A DNA stretch of 64,000 bases from Nannocystales bacterium (GTDB lineage Bacteria > Myxococcota_A > Polyangia > Nannocystales > Nannocystaceae). A model generated the notes under the pieces. That model had not been told where the DNA came from, ran no database searches, and saw nothing but the letters and a program-made list of their open reading frames with translations. The DNA is taken from assembly GCA_050633305.1 (NCBI GenBank), contig JBOEGF010000001.1, positions 32,001 through 96,000 of the forward strand. Direction: 5' to 3'. Every line of letters starts with the position of its first letter. The stretch's first letter is position 1. Position numbers and translations under genes: made by a program. Shown in pieces: positions 29,941 to 39,340 of the stretch.

Positions 29941-30654
29941 ATGCCGCTTTCCCCGGAACAAGAATGGACGCTGCTCGCGTGCGGTCTGATGGCGCACGCG
30001 GACGGCATCCTGGACGCCGAGGAGTGGGACCAGGTTCTGTGGATGCTGGATGAGCGTATCGATGCCGAGGACGCCAAGGCCTGGGTCGCTCGCCTCCGGG
30101 ATGCCGATGCGCTACGCAGTCATGCGAAGCTCACCCCGGTCCCACCGCCGTTCCTGACCGAAGACATCTTGTCGAAGGCTTGGCGCATGGCGTTGACCGA
30201 CGGTCGGGGGAGCGACCGGGAGGTGGTCGTACACGACGAGCTCGTCGGGATGCTGGGTGCGGATGCCACCGAGACCGCCCAGTTGCGACAGACCTGGACC
30301 GAGAAGGCAGCGGCGCGTGCCGAACTCATCGCTGGGTTTGCCGCGATCATCGCTCGGGCAGATGGGGACGTCACGCAAGCCGAGCGAACCAGCTTCGAGA
30401 CGCTGTTGGCCCGACTTCCCCTCGCCGAAGGGACTCGGGGCGCGATGACCAACCTGCTCGATGAACCGCCGGAGATGATGATGTTGGTCGGGGGCTTTGC
30501 TGCGCTCCCGCCCGAGGAGCGCCGGATCGCCATGCTCGACCTGGTGCCGGTGGTCAAGGCGGATGACCACGACGAGGGGCCCAAGGCGTTTGTCGAGCTA
30601 GCCGAAGCCATCGCGGTCGACCCGGCCGAAGCTCAGCGCATGCTCGAGCGATGA
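29941..30654 (+). CDS. TerB-like protein (two TerB-type modules)
   Basis: Repeated motifs MAHADG..DAEE, MALTDG..SDRE, IARADGDVTQAE, VVKADD. Confidence 0.65.
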   Translation: MPLSPEQEWTLLACGLMAHADGILDAEEWDQVLWMLDERIDAEDAKAWVARLRDADALRSHAKLTPVPPPFLTEDILSKAWRMALTDGRGSDREVVVHDELVGMLGADATETAQLRQTWTEKAAARAELIAGFAAIIARADGDVTQAERTSFETLLARLPLAEGTRGAMTNLLDEPPEMMMLVGGFAALPPEERRIAMLDLVPVVKADDHDEGPKAFVELAEAIAVDPAEAQRMLER

Positions 30655-31490
30655 GCGGGGGACACGACCGAATCGGCCCCACGGCGCACTACACCGCGTA
30701 CGTGTGGCGGGTCGCTGGGTTCGAGCGCGCAGAGTTGTTCTCGACCTGGCAGGGCGCGGCTCTGTACTGGGGCTTCTTTGCGGCAGGCGAGTGGACGAGC
30801 CGGCTCTCGGCGAGCACGCCTTCGATGCGTGTCTACCTCGAGTATCGGCATCGACTCATCGACGCGGTGGTGAAGCAGCATCGCCCCGACGTGGTGGTGG
30901 AGCTTGGTTCGGGGCTGACCCGGCGCGCGGTCTCCTGGGTTCTGGATGACGGGATTCGTGGCCTGGAATTCGACTTGCCTGACATGGCTGCGCGCAAGCG
31001 TGCCGCTGTGTCCTCGGCTCCGGCTCAGGTTCGACGCGCCCTCGAGGGGCGACACCGGGTCGAGGCGGCCAACGTGGTCGAGCCCGGGTTCGCGAAGACG
31101 CTTCTCGACGCGTTGCATGATGCCAAGCGGCCCGTGGTGGTCGCTGAGGGGTTGCTCAGCTATCTCGCCGGGCACGAGCGCGCGCAGCTGTACGCGTCCG
31201 TCGCGGGTGCACTCGGTCCCGACGGTTTGTTCGTCAGCGACCTCCACACACGCGCAGGACAGGCGTCGGTGGGCACGGCGGCCTCCGTTCTGCGGACCGC
31301 GATTCGGGCGGTCACTCGCCGCCGCAACGCACTCGACCCGTACGAGGACGAAGCCGATGTCCGGCGGGTGATGGAGAGCGCAGGCTTGGCGCGCGTGTCG
31401 TTTGTCGACCCGCGCGAGCACTACGCTGCCCAGCCGCAGCTTCGTCGCCTGCACTCGCCAACCCATGTCGTGACGGCCGGCGCGGCGTAG
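30651..31490 (+). CDS. class I SAM-dependent methyltransferase (LCM/TcmP-like)
   Basis: VVELGSGL, EFDLPDM, VVAEGLLSYL; ATGA overlap with upstream gene. Confidence 0.8.
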   Translation: MSGGHDRIGPTAHYTAYVWRVAGFERAELFSTWQGAALYWGFFAAGEWTSRLSASTPSMRVYLEYRHRLIDAVVKQHRPDVVVELGSGLTRRAVSWVLDDGIRGLEFDLPDMAARKRAAVSSAPAQVRRALEGRHRVEAANVVEPGFAKTLLDALHDAKRPVVVAEGLLSYLAGHERAQLYASVAGALGPDGLFVSDLHTRAGQASVGTAASVLRTAIRAVTRRRNALDPYEDEADVRRVMESAGLARVSFVDPREHYAAQPQLRRLHSPTHVVTAGAA

Positions 31491-31519
31491 CCGTAGGCGT
31501 TGGTGGCCGGGTTCGTACG

Positions 31520-32347
31520 CTAGGACGCGTGCAGTTGCACGATACGGTTGTGCGCCACGAAGCCGGCTCGGCGGATCGCGGTTTGGGCGGCTGCGTTGGT
31601 GACCTCGGTCGAGCAGATCGAGCGAACCCCTCGGTGCTCGTTGGTACGAACGAGATCGCGCAAGACCTGGGTCGCCAAGCCTTGCCCACGGTGCTTCTGG
31701 CCAACGATGACGCCGAGGTCGGCGTAGCCGGGTTGCAGTCCTGCGAAGCCGCGGCTCTCGCCCAGTCCCACGAGGACATCTTGGATGCGCAATGCGAACA
31801 GCTCCTGTCGTGAGATCAAGCCCTCGTAGTACCCGTGAAGCCACGCTTTGGGCGCGCCGATGGCTTCGGAGGCGAAGTCGACGGCCTCGCCGAGTTCGGT
31901 GGCGCCCAGCCGAATCAGGCCCAATGGCGGACTCGCGGGGGGCGGGCCGTGGTGTTGATACAGGAGCGCATTGACCTCGACGCGCGGGAAGTGATCCATG
32001 CACAGCGAGAGGTACTCGGGTTCGGCTGTGCTGGCGAACGCCCCGCGCACTTCGTCCTGCGAGGCGACGGTCTTGAAGAGTTCGATTGCTCGGGGTCGGA
32101 GCGCCTCGTCGACGTGGAACTGGAGCAGGAATCCGTCGTCGTTGAGGCAGTAGTAGCCGGCGAGCACCTCGTTGAGGACAAGACCGACGTGCGCGGCTGC
32201 GGGGGCGAGCCCGCACAACCACATTCCGTCCAACGGCGCTGTCGCTCGTTCGACGTAGCGGCGGCGTAGCGGCGCGAGCGGATCCAGGGAGGGAATCGGG
32301 CGGAATTCGACGGTCATCGCAGTTGGGGTCGTCGCAGTTGGGGTCAT
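31520..32347 (-). CDS. GNAT family acetyltransferase
   Basis: HRGQGLATQVL acetyl-CoA motif, NAAAQ..IRRAGF; ATGA overlap with the TetR stop. Confidence 0.8.
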   Translation of the reverse strand: MTPTATTPTAMTVEFRPIPSLDPLAPLRRRYVERATAPLDGMWLCGLAPAAAHVGLVLNEVLAGYYCLNDDGFLLQFHVDEALRPRAIELFKTVASQDEVRGAFASTAEPEYLSLCMDHFPRVEVNALLYQHHGPPPASPPLGLIRLGATELGEAVDFASEAIGAPKAWLHGYYEGLISRQELFALRIQDVLVGLGESRGFAGLQPGYADLGVIVGQKHRGQGLATQVLRDLVRTNEHRGVRSICSTEVTNAAAQTAIRRAGFVAHNRIVQLHAS

Positions 32348-32353
32348 CGCAGT
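32315..32353. repeat. 15-bp tandem repeat (about 2.6 copies) at the TetR/GNAT junction
   Basis: CATCGCAGTTGGGGT, CGTCGCAGTTGGGGT, CATCGCAGT. Confidence 0.8.
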
Positions 32354-32934
32354 GGACTCGCAGGAGTCGGCGCTGCGCCGGTCATGAGCGCCGTTGCGAC
32401 GGTGAGGACGTGAGACTTGAGGCCGGCGAGTGGGTAGGGGTCGTAGATGAACAGCGCGTGCAGGGCGATGCCATCGAGCAGGGCCAAGAGCACACGGGCC
32501 TTGCTTTTGGCTTGGGCCACGCCGGCCCGTCGGAACCATCGCTGCACGAGGCCAAGGAGTTGCTGCGCACGTTCCCGAAGCGGCTGGGCGACGCTCTGGC
32601 GAAGCTCAGGGGCGATCAACAGGGTCAACTGCAGCCTCAGGAATCGCCGCTGAGACCGGAGGAACCCGAAAAACTCGTCCACGAAGGTCTCGAGCGACTG
32701 GGCGATGGGCTGCTCGGTGTCCAGGACACTGCCCACCTCCGTCATCTTTTCCGTCGCGTCGACAATGAGCGCAACGAGCAGCTCCTCCTTACTCGAGAAG
32801 TAGTTGTAGACCAGGCCCTTGGATACGCCTGCCTCGGCGGTGATCTGCTCGACACTGGTCGCGAAGTATCCCTGAGACTCGAACAACGTCACCGCAGCGT
32901 CGAAGAGCTTCTGTTTTCCTCGTTGAGGTCTCAT
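32344..32934 (-). CDS. TetR/AcrR family transcriptional regulator
   Basis: AAVTLFESQGYFATSVEQITAEAGVSKGLVYNYFSSKEELL helix-turn-helix. Confidence 0.93.
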   Translation of the reverse strand: MRPQRGKQKLFDAAVTLFESQGYFATSVEQITAEAGVSKGLVYNYFSSKEELLVALIVDATEKMTEVGSVLDTEQPIAQSLETFVDEFFGFLRSQRRFLRLQLTLLIAPELRQSVAQPLRERAQQLLGLVQRWFRRAGVAQAKSKARVLLALLDGIALHALFIYDPYPLAGLKSHVLTVATALMTGAAPTPASPLR

Positions 32935-32940
32935 CGTCTT

Positions 32941-32974
32941 GCTATTTAACTGACTACGCGGTCAGTTAAATAGC
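32941..32974. promoter_or_regulatory. putative TetR operator (perfect 14-bp inverted repeat)
   Basis: GCTATTTAACTGAC-tacgcg-GTCAGTTAAATAGC, AT-rich, 6 bp upstream of the TetR start. Confidence 0.8.
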
Positions 32975-33030
32975 CGCGGACAGCTGGCTGTCAAGGTGAA
33001 GGGAACAAGAAAGACCTGCGCCCGAAATGG

Positions 33031-33064
33031 AAAGAGGACCCGAGCGCGTGCGCAGGGGTCCTCT
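33031..33064 (-). terminator. putative terminator downstream of the second sppA
   Basis: AGAGGACCC / GGGTCCTCT stem, short T-tract on the minus strand. Confidence 0.5.
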
Positions 33065-33094
33065 CTTGGCCGGTCGGCCTGTTGGTCAGACGGG

Positions 33095-35749
33095 CTACTC
33101 CGGCGGGGGCATCACGTACGGCATCACGGCGTGGACCTTGCCCTGCTCCAGGTAGAGCAGCGACAGCGGGAGCTGGGCGAGCGCGTCGTGCAGGATGCTG
33201 GGCAACATGCCGGAGATCGACGCCTGTTCGCGAGCAGCCTTGCGGCGTGCCTGGGCTTTGCGAACGGGGCCGGAGCCCGTGAAGGGGTCACCCACGTTGT
33301 CGAGAATGAGGTCCAGGAGCTTGGGCGAGCGCGGCAGAACCCGCATCGCGAGCTGCTTGCGCGGCTTGATGCCGGCCTTGGACCGCACCTCGTTGACCGC
33401 GTCCTCCAGGCCGCCCTCGCGGTCTGCGAGCTTGAGTTCGATCGCCGCTTTTCCGCCGTAGACGTGCCCTCGACCGAGCTCGTTGACCTTGTCTTGGGTC
33501 ATGCCCCGCGCTTCTGCAACACGGGAGGTGAACAGGTCGTAGACCCGCCCGATGCTGTCCTCGACCTTTTTACGCTGCGCGTCGGTGTACGGCCGGTACA
33601 GCGAGCCCATCCCGGGGTTGTTGCCTTGCTTGAAGGTGCTCACCGAGATGCCGAGCTTCTCGAGCAGCCCGGAGAGGTCGAAGTGAATGGTGATCACGCC
33701 GATGGACCCTGTGATCGTCATGGGGTCGACGAAGACGGTATCGGTGCCCATCGCGACGTAGTAGCCACCGCTGGCCGCGACGTTGCTCATCGAGACGACG
33801 ATGGGTGGACTGTCTTTCGGGGCCGCCTCGAAGGCCTCTTGGGTTCTCGCCACCTCGCGCCAGATGATGTCGGAGGCCAGCGCCGAGCCGCCGGGGGAGT
33901 CGACCCGCAGGACGATGCCTTTGCACGCGTTGTCGGCTCGCACCGTCCGGAGCGTCTTGGCAATGGTGTCGCCGCCTGCGAACTGTGTGCCGATGATTGG
34001 GATTGCCCGGCTGGGGCCATCGACGATCGCGCCCTCGACGAGGACCACTGCGATGTACGGCTCGCGTCCCCATGCCGTGTCCTGCGGCGTCGCGTTGTCC
34101 ACGGTGTCGATCTCAACCGGGGCTCCGATGTCGTCGCTGATCTCGTCCTCCAGTTCGTCGCGGAAGGCGATCGCGTCCACCAGCTTGCGTTCGATCGCTT
34201 GGGTCGGGCCATACGGAGCGTTGTCGAAGGCCTGACGGACTTCGGAGACGCTCAGACCCCGCGCCGAAGCGATGTCGAACAGGACCTGTTTGTAGATGCC
34301 AGACTGGAGCGCCTCACGCTGCTCGCGGTCGGGGGCGCTCGGCCCGGTTTCGCTGAATCGTTCTCCGGCGCTCTTGTATTCGCGGATCTTGATGACCTCG
34401 GCTTTGACGCCAACCTTGTCGAGCGCACCGCGGAAGTAGAGGCTGTCCGAGGACATGCCGTGCGTGTCGAGGGCGCCCGCGGGGTGGATGAACACCGACT
34501 CTGCGACGCTGGCCATGTAGTAGTCGCCCAGTCCGGCGTTCTCGACGTATGCGAAGACATGACCGCCCGCGTTTCGAACGTCGATGATCGCGTCTCGGAC
34601 CTCGTGCCGGGCGGCCCAGCCCCCACTCGTGTTCCGCGCGTCGAGCAGGAGGATGGTTCGTGGTCCGGCCTTTTCCGCGCGCTCGAGACGATCGAGCATG
34701 GAGATGAGCGAACGTTGACCACCGAGCTTGCCCAGGTCGATGCGTTCGACGCGGACAAGACGAGGCCAGAAGACGCGCCCGCGGCGTCTGGAGTGCAGGC
34801 GTGCGTGGTAGCCGACCCCGTCGACACCATCGGAGGCTCCGACGTGGACGCCCGAACCGATGCTGGCGAAGTCCCACGAAGCTTCGAGGGAGACCGAGCC
34901 ACGCAAGCCCTTGGTTGTTCTCAGCGGGACGAAGCTGGCTTCGTCGAGCTGGGTCAGGCGAACCTGCTCCACCTCGCCGCGCAGTCCCCAGCCCTGCCAT
35001 CGCAACGAGAGACGGCCGCGAGGAAGCAGGCCGTCGGTGCCGACGCGCGACGTGCGTTCACCCGGCGCCGCCGTCAGGACCTGTTGGCGAACCCCGCCCG
35101 CCAGCTCGACCAGGTTGGTGCCCAGCGGTCGCACCGAGAGCTCTCCGACCACCGAAAGCTCCGGAGGAAGGGTGTCGCTCTCAATGTTGACGGGGCTCAG
35201 GCGTGCGGAGGCGCCTAGGGAGGCGTAGTTGGTGACCCGGGTCATCAGGCCGATGTCGAGGTCGGGCCGCTGCAGCCACTGCCCCTGCGTGCGCAGACCG
35301 GCGACGCCGACCCCGAGCGCGGCAAACTCACCCATGCCCAAGGAGAGTCCCCAGCTGAGCTTGGTGGCCGTGGGGTTCGCGTCGGCGTCGAAGTCTGTGA
35401 CCCCGTCTCCGAGGCCAGGTTCCAGGAGCTGCGCGCCGAAGCCCATCGCAAATCCGAACCCGAGGTTGAACGCCGCAAACGCGCCGAACCCTTGGCCTCG
35501 CATGTAGCGGTCGGTGGTCTGGTAGCCCAGCAAGGTGAGGTCGAAGCCTCGGACCGCCGAGAGCATCGCCGGGTTGAGCTCGAGGCTGCTGGCGTCGCCC
35601 TCGGAGGAGTAGTCCTCATAGACTCGCTCGACACCGTCGGTGGTGGCGCGGTCGAGGACCTCGGGAGGGGCGGCGGAGGTCGTGGTGGCGAGCGCGGAGC
35701 TCAGCGAGAGGGCGAGCGCCCCGGTACCCAGTGTGCGGATCGTCTTCAC
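33095..35749 (-). CDS. sppA: second SppA (protease IV, tandem S49) with N-terminal predicted beta-barrel
   Basis: Signal peptide; EYKSAGE, DSPGGSALAS, AASGGYY, TGSIGV. Confidence 0.87.
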   Translation of the reverse strand: MKTIRTLGTGALALSLSSALATTTSAAPPEVLDRATTDGVERVYEDYSSEGDASSLELNPAMLSAVRGFDLTLLGYQTTDRYMRGQGFGAFAAFNLGFGFAMGFGAQLLEPGLGDGVTDFDADANPTATKLSWGLSLGMGEFAALGVGVAGLRTQGQWLQRPDLDIGLMTRVTNYASLGASARLSPVNIESDTLPPELSVVGELSVRPLGTNLVELAGGVRQQVLTAAPGERTSRVGTDGLLPRGRLSLRWQGWGLRGEVEQVRLTQLDEASFVPLRTTKGLRGSVSLEASWDFASIGSGVHVGASDGVDGVGYHARLHSRRRGRVFWPRLVRVERIDLGKLGGQRSLISMLDRLERAEKAGPRTILLLDARNTSGGWAARHEVRDAIIDVRNAGGHVFAYVENAGLGDYYMASVAESVFIHPAGALDTHGMSSDSLYFRGALDKVGVKAEVIKIREYKSAGERFSETGPSAPDREQREALQSGIYKQVLFDIASARGLSVSEVRQAFDNAPYGPTQAIERKLVDAIAFRDELEDEISDDIGAPVEIDTVDNATPQDTAWGREPYIAVVLVEGAIVDGPSRAIPIIGTQFAGGDTIAKTLRTVRADNACKGIVLRVDSPGGSALASDIIWREVARTQEAFEAAPKDSPPIVVSMSNVAASGGYYVAMGTDTVFVDPMTITGSIGVITIHFDLSGLLEKLGISVSTFKQGNNPGMGSLYRPYTDAQRKKVEDSIGRVYDLFTSRVAEARGMTQDKVNELGRGHVYGGKAAIELKLADREGGLEDAVNEVRSKAGIKPRKQLAMRVLPRSPKLLDLILDNVGDPFTGSGPVRKAQARRKAAREQASISGMLPSILHDALAQLPLSLLYLEQGKVHAVMPYVMPPPE

Positions 35750-36192
35750 TGCAGTTCGTCCTCGGAAATGATGTCTACAAGTGCCAGCACGTGCCGAACC
35801 TCGAGCAGTCGCAGCGTCTCGTCCCAGGGGACCGCGATGCCGCGCTGCTTCTCGAAGAGGACGTTGGCCCCCAACGGGATGCCGCTGACGTTCTTGCCGA
35901 GGTCGAGACGGAGCTCGTCGTCGTCATCGTCGTCGTCGTCGAGGTCGTCCCCAAGGTTGTCGGCCTTGGGCATGGTTCGCGCGACCTCGAGCACCTCGCC
36001 CAGCAAGGCGGCGGCGTGGTCTTCCTTGACGCCCTGCGGCAGGAACAGTCCGGATTCTGCGCGGTCTGGTCCCTTGAGAATACGGACGAGCACGCGCGGA
36101 CCCACCGGCTGAACGTGGCGGCGGACACGAGCCGGCGCTTCGTTGTCGGGCGGGTCGGATTCGGGTGGCTGGGAGGAATCGTGTTCGGCCAC
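35746..36192 (-). CDS. GroES/Cpn10-like protein
   Basis: VQPVGPRVLVR..ESGLFLP..GEVLEV..GANVLFEK..HVLALV follows the Cpn10 pattern; start estimated at GTG 36192. Confidence 0.7.
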   Translation of the reverse strand: MAEHDSSQPPESDPPDNEAPARVRRHVQPVGPRVLVRILKGPDRAESGLFLPQGVKEDHAAALLGEVLEVARTMPKADNLGDDLDDDDDDDDELRLDLGKNVSGIPLGANVLFEKQRGIAVPWDETLRLLEVRHVLALVDIISEDELQ

Positions 36193-36259
36193 GGCGGTCT
36201 TGCGGCGTTTGTACCACCACCGCAAAGCGCAGCGCCGCTGAGGCGAGCGCGCCGGTGGC

Positions 36260-37627
36260 CTACAGGGCCAGCAACGAGTGGCCGGTGGTGCCGCTGATGG
36301 TGGCGCGGACGAGGTCCCCGGGTTCCCCGGCGCCCAGCGGGAGCAGCACCTTGTGGTACGTCGGCGCGCAGGCCAGCGTCTTGTCCCCGCGCTTGGATGT
36401 GCCCAAGATCAACGCGTCGACGGTGTTGCCGACCTGCGCATTGTGAGACGCGTGGGTGTGCTCCTCCTGCAGGTTGATGACATCGCGGAGGCGAGCGCCC
36501 TTGACCTCAGGAGGCACGTCGTCGACGAGCTTGCGCGAGGCGTACGTGATGCCCCGGTCGCTGTACTTGAACATGAACGCCGAGTCGAACCGGACCTCGC
36601 GCATCGCGGAGAGGGTCTGCGCGTGATCGTCGTCGGTCTCGCCGCAGAAGCCGACCATGAGATCCGTCGAGAGCGCGAGATGGGGAACGGCTTCACGCAG
36701 CGCACCCACGAGGTCGATGAACTGCTGCCTGGAGTAGCCCCGTCTCATGCGCTCCAGCATGTTGTCCGAGCCCGACTGCAAAGGAAGGTGCACTTGGGGG
36801 CAGACCTTCGGTTCGGTGGCCATCACCTCGATGACCCGGGGCGAGAAGTCCACCGGGTAGGGACTGGTGAACCGAATCCGCTCGATGCCGTCGATCTGGG
36901 CGACGGTTCGAAGCAGGGCCGCAAAGTCGACGTCTTCGAAGACGTAGGAGTTGACGGTCTGCCCGAGCAGGACGACCTCTTTGTACCCGCGTTCCGCGAG
37001 CACCCGTGCGTGCCGAAGGACCTCGCGGGGGGAGACGCCGCGTTCTCGTCCGCGCGTGTAGGGCACGACGCAAAACGTGCAGAACTTGTCGCAGCCGCGC
37101 TGAATCGTCACGAACCCACTGACGCCGTCGTCCTCGGCGTGGGGGTCGAGTTCGTCGTAGACCTCTTCTTTGTCGAGCTTGACGTCCACGACGGACTCGC
37201 CGCCGCGCGCACGGTCGACGAGCTCCGCGATCGAACGGTAGCTGTCGGGGCCGGCGACGAGCGAGATGTAGGGGGCGCGAGCTGCGACCTTGTCCTTGAG
37301 GTGCTCGGCCATGCAGCCCGTGATGCCGATGACGAGGCCCGGATTGTCGGCGCGGTGCTTGAGCAGCTGGCTGGTCCGACCCCATACGCGGTCCTCCGCC
37401 TTTTCCCGGATGGCACACGTGTTGATGAGGATGACGTCGGCCTCAGAGGGATCTTGCACCGCCCGATAGCCGCCTCGCCCCAGTTGGCCTGAGATGAGCG
37501 CGGAGTCGGCTGCGTTCATCTGGCACCCAAACGTCTCCAGGTAGACCGCAGGCGCGCTGGGGTCGACCTTCGTCGGTTCTGGGGGGTTGGGAGCGCCAGG
37601 GCGCCGAAGCTGGACCAGGTCGGCCAT
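36260..37627 (-). CDS. miaB: tRNA-2-methylthio-N6-isopentenyladenosine(37) methylthiotransferase
   Basis: TFGCQMN, NTCAIREKAE, GCDKFCTFC, FTSPYP, HLPLQSGS, C-terminal TRAM. Confidence 0.93.
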   Translation of the reverse strand: MADLVQLRRPGAPNPPEPTKVDPSAPAVYLETFGCQMNAADSALISGQLGRGGYRAVQDPSEADVILINTCAIREKAEDRVWGRTSQLLKHRADNPGLVIGITGCMAEHLKDKVAARAPYISLVAGPDSYRSIAELVDRARGGESVVDVKLDKEEVYDELDPHAEDDGVSGFVTIQRGCDKFCTFCVVPYTRGRERGVSPREVLRHARVLAERGYKEVVLLGQTVNSYVFEDVDFAALLRTVAQIDGIERIRFTSPYPVDFSPRVIEVMATEPKVCPQVHLPLQSGSDNMLERMRRGYSRQQFIDLVGALREAVPHLALSTDLMVGFCGETDDDHAQTLSAMREVRFDSAFMFKYSDRGITYASRKLVDDVPPEVKGARLRDVINLQEEHTHASHNAQVGNTVDALILGTSKRGDKTLACAPTYHKVLLPLGAGEPGDLVRATISGTTGHSLLAL

Positions 37628-37787
37628 ACGAGACAGCGGACATGCTTACGTCACGCTGGACCGACCCGCTAGTGCGTTGCTTGCGCGTCACACGTGGGCC
37701 ATCCTTCCCCGTCCCGACGATTCATGCTTAGAATCCCGGGCTCGCGCGGCACCTCTCGCCGCGTCTCGTACCGAAAGGGCACCACTC

Positions 37788-39143
37788 ATGCGCTCCTTGT
37801 ATCCGCTTTCCGTGAGTTTCCTGGTTGCCGCACTTGCGGGGGCCTGCACCGACCCTCCCAAGCCTGCGAAGGCCTCCAAAGAGGACCTGGCCAAGATCGA
37901 GAAGGAGGGTGGTGACAAGGCCACCGACACCGTGCTCGGCGCCATCCCCAAAGGCCCCATCGCGAAGGTTGGAGCCGTCGAAATCCCCAATGACGCGTTT
38001 GCGTCGATCTACGACCTCAAGGTCAAGAAGTACACGGACCGCGGACGGGACATCCCCAGCTCGGCCGACCGCCGCTACCGCAAGTCCATCGCCGAGCGGC
38101 TCATCTATCACGAGGTCCTCGCTCAAGAAGCCAAGACGCTCGCAGTCGAGTTCGACAAGACCGCGCTCGATGCTCGCGAGAGCCAGCAGCGGCGGGGCAT
38201 CCGCGACTGGGAGAAACACCTCAGTCGTCGTGGGGAGACCGAGACGTCCCTTCGGGACATGTACGTCGCCGAACTCCGAGAGAAAGCCATCCTCGGTAAG
38301 AAGGGGCTGCTCGAGGTCAAGCCCGAAGAGATCGAGGCGGACTATGAGAAGATCAAGGACAACTGGAAGTCCGACAAGCCTCGTGTTCGCGCCTCGCACA
38401 TCTTGATCCCCGTGGGGCCCAAGAAGGAACGGCGCCCGCACGGAAAGTCGGAGGAGCCCGAGGCTTCCGACGAGGACCGCGCCAAGTGGGACGCTGAAGC
38501 CAAGGCCAAGGCGGAGGAGCTCCACAAGGCCGTCCTCGCCGAGGGGGCGGACTTCGCCGGAATCGCCACCGAGAAGTCGACCGGGCCGAGTGCGGCCAAG
38601 GGCGGCGACATCGGAATCTTCACCGCGGATCGCATGGCGGAGGAGTTCTCCGCGACGGCCTTCGCCATGAAGGTCGGCGACATCTCGAAGCCGGTGAAGA
38701 CCAAGTTCGGCTACCACATCATCAAGCTGACCGGATCCTGGGGCCCAGGCGCGCTGCCCCTAGAGGCGCTCGAAGACCAGATCGTCAATCGCCTCGAACA
38801 GCGCAAGCTGCACCAGGGGCGCCGCGAGCTCAAAGAAGAGCTCCTTGGAAAATACGAGGTCGTCGACAACATCAAGCCGACGCTCGGCCCCGAGCCAGAG
38901 CGCAAACGATCCAAGTCGCCCCGTGGTCACGGTGATGGACACGGGCACGGTGGCAAGAGGAAGTTCGGTGGAAAGGCGGCTGCGGCCAAGGGCGACATCA
39001 AGGGCATGAAGAAGGACGGAGCTGCACCGAAAGCGGCACTCAAGAAGGACGATGTCGCCATCAAGCCCGCGCCGTCCGACAAAAAAACTCCCGCACCCGA
39101 GGGCAAGGAGCCCGCCAAGGACGAAGCGGCCAAGGGCGGCTGA
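37788..39143 (+). CDS. parvulin-type peptidyl-prolyl isomerase lipoprotein (SurA/PrsA-like)
   Basis: Lipobox LAGAC; VRASHILI, GGDIG, ISKPVKTKFGYHII. Confidence 0.88.
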   Translation: MRSLYPLSVSFLVAALAGACTDPPKPAKASKEDLAKIEKEGGDKATDTVLGAIPKGPIAKVGAVEIPNDAFASIYDLKVKKYTDRGRDIPSSADRRYRKSIAERLIYHEVLAQEAKTLAVEFDKTALDARESQQRRGIRDWEKHLSRRGETETSLRDMYVAELREKAILGKKGLLEVKPEEIEADYEKIKDNWKSDKPRVRASHILIPVGPKKERRPHGKSEEPEASDEDRAKWDAEAKAKAEELHKAVLAEGADFAGIATEKSTGPSAAKGGDIGIFTADRMAEEFSATAFAMKVGDISKPVKTKFGYHIIKLTGSWGPGALPLEALEDQIVNRLEQRKLHQGRRELKEELLGKYEVVDNIKPTLGPEPERKRSKSPRGHGDGHGHGGKRKFGGKAAAAKGDIKGMKKDGAAPKAALKKDDVAIKPAPSDKKTPAPEGKEPAKDEAAKGG

Positions 39144-39164
39144 ACACCTCGCGAGTTGAGTTTG

Positions 39165-39198
39165 AAGGCCGCGCCGAGCAATCGGACGCGGCCTTTTT
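39165..39198 (+). terminator. intrinsic terminator
   Basis: AAGGCCGCG / CGCGGCCTT stem followed by a T-run. Confidence 0.7.
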
Positions 39199-39340
39199 CT
39201 GGGCGTGGCGTGGCCCTCGTTCGGGTTGCTCCGTCCGATTGTGGGCCGGATGCACTTTGTTCTCACGGCTTCGGTTCGCGACCGTGACTGCTGAATACGG
39301 ACCGGGCGCCAGGAGGCTGCCGAGCGCCGTTGGCAGCCGC

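Noticed and set aside
31520..32974. TetR-GNAT pair as a toxin-antitoxin system or mobile cassette
   Set aside because: Full-length TetR and a long GNAT fit an ordinary regulator-enzyme pair; no flanking repeats or integrase seen
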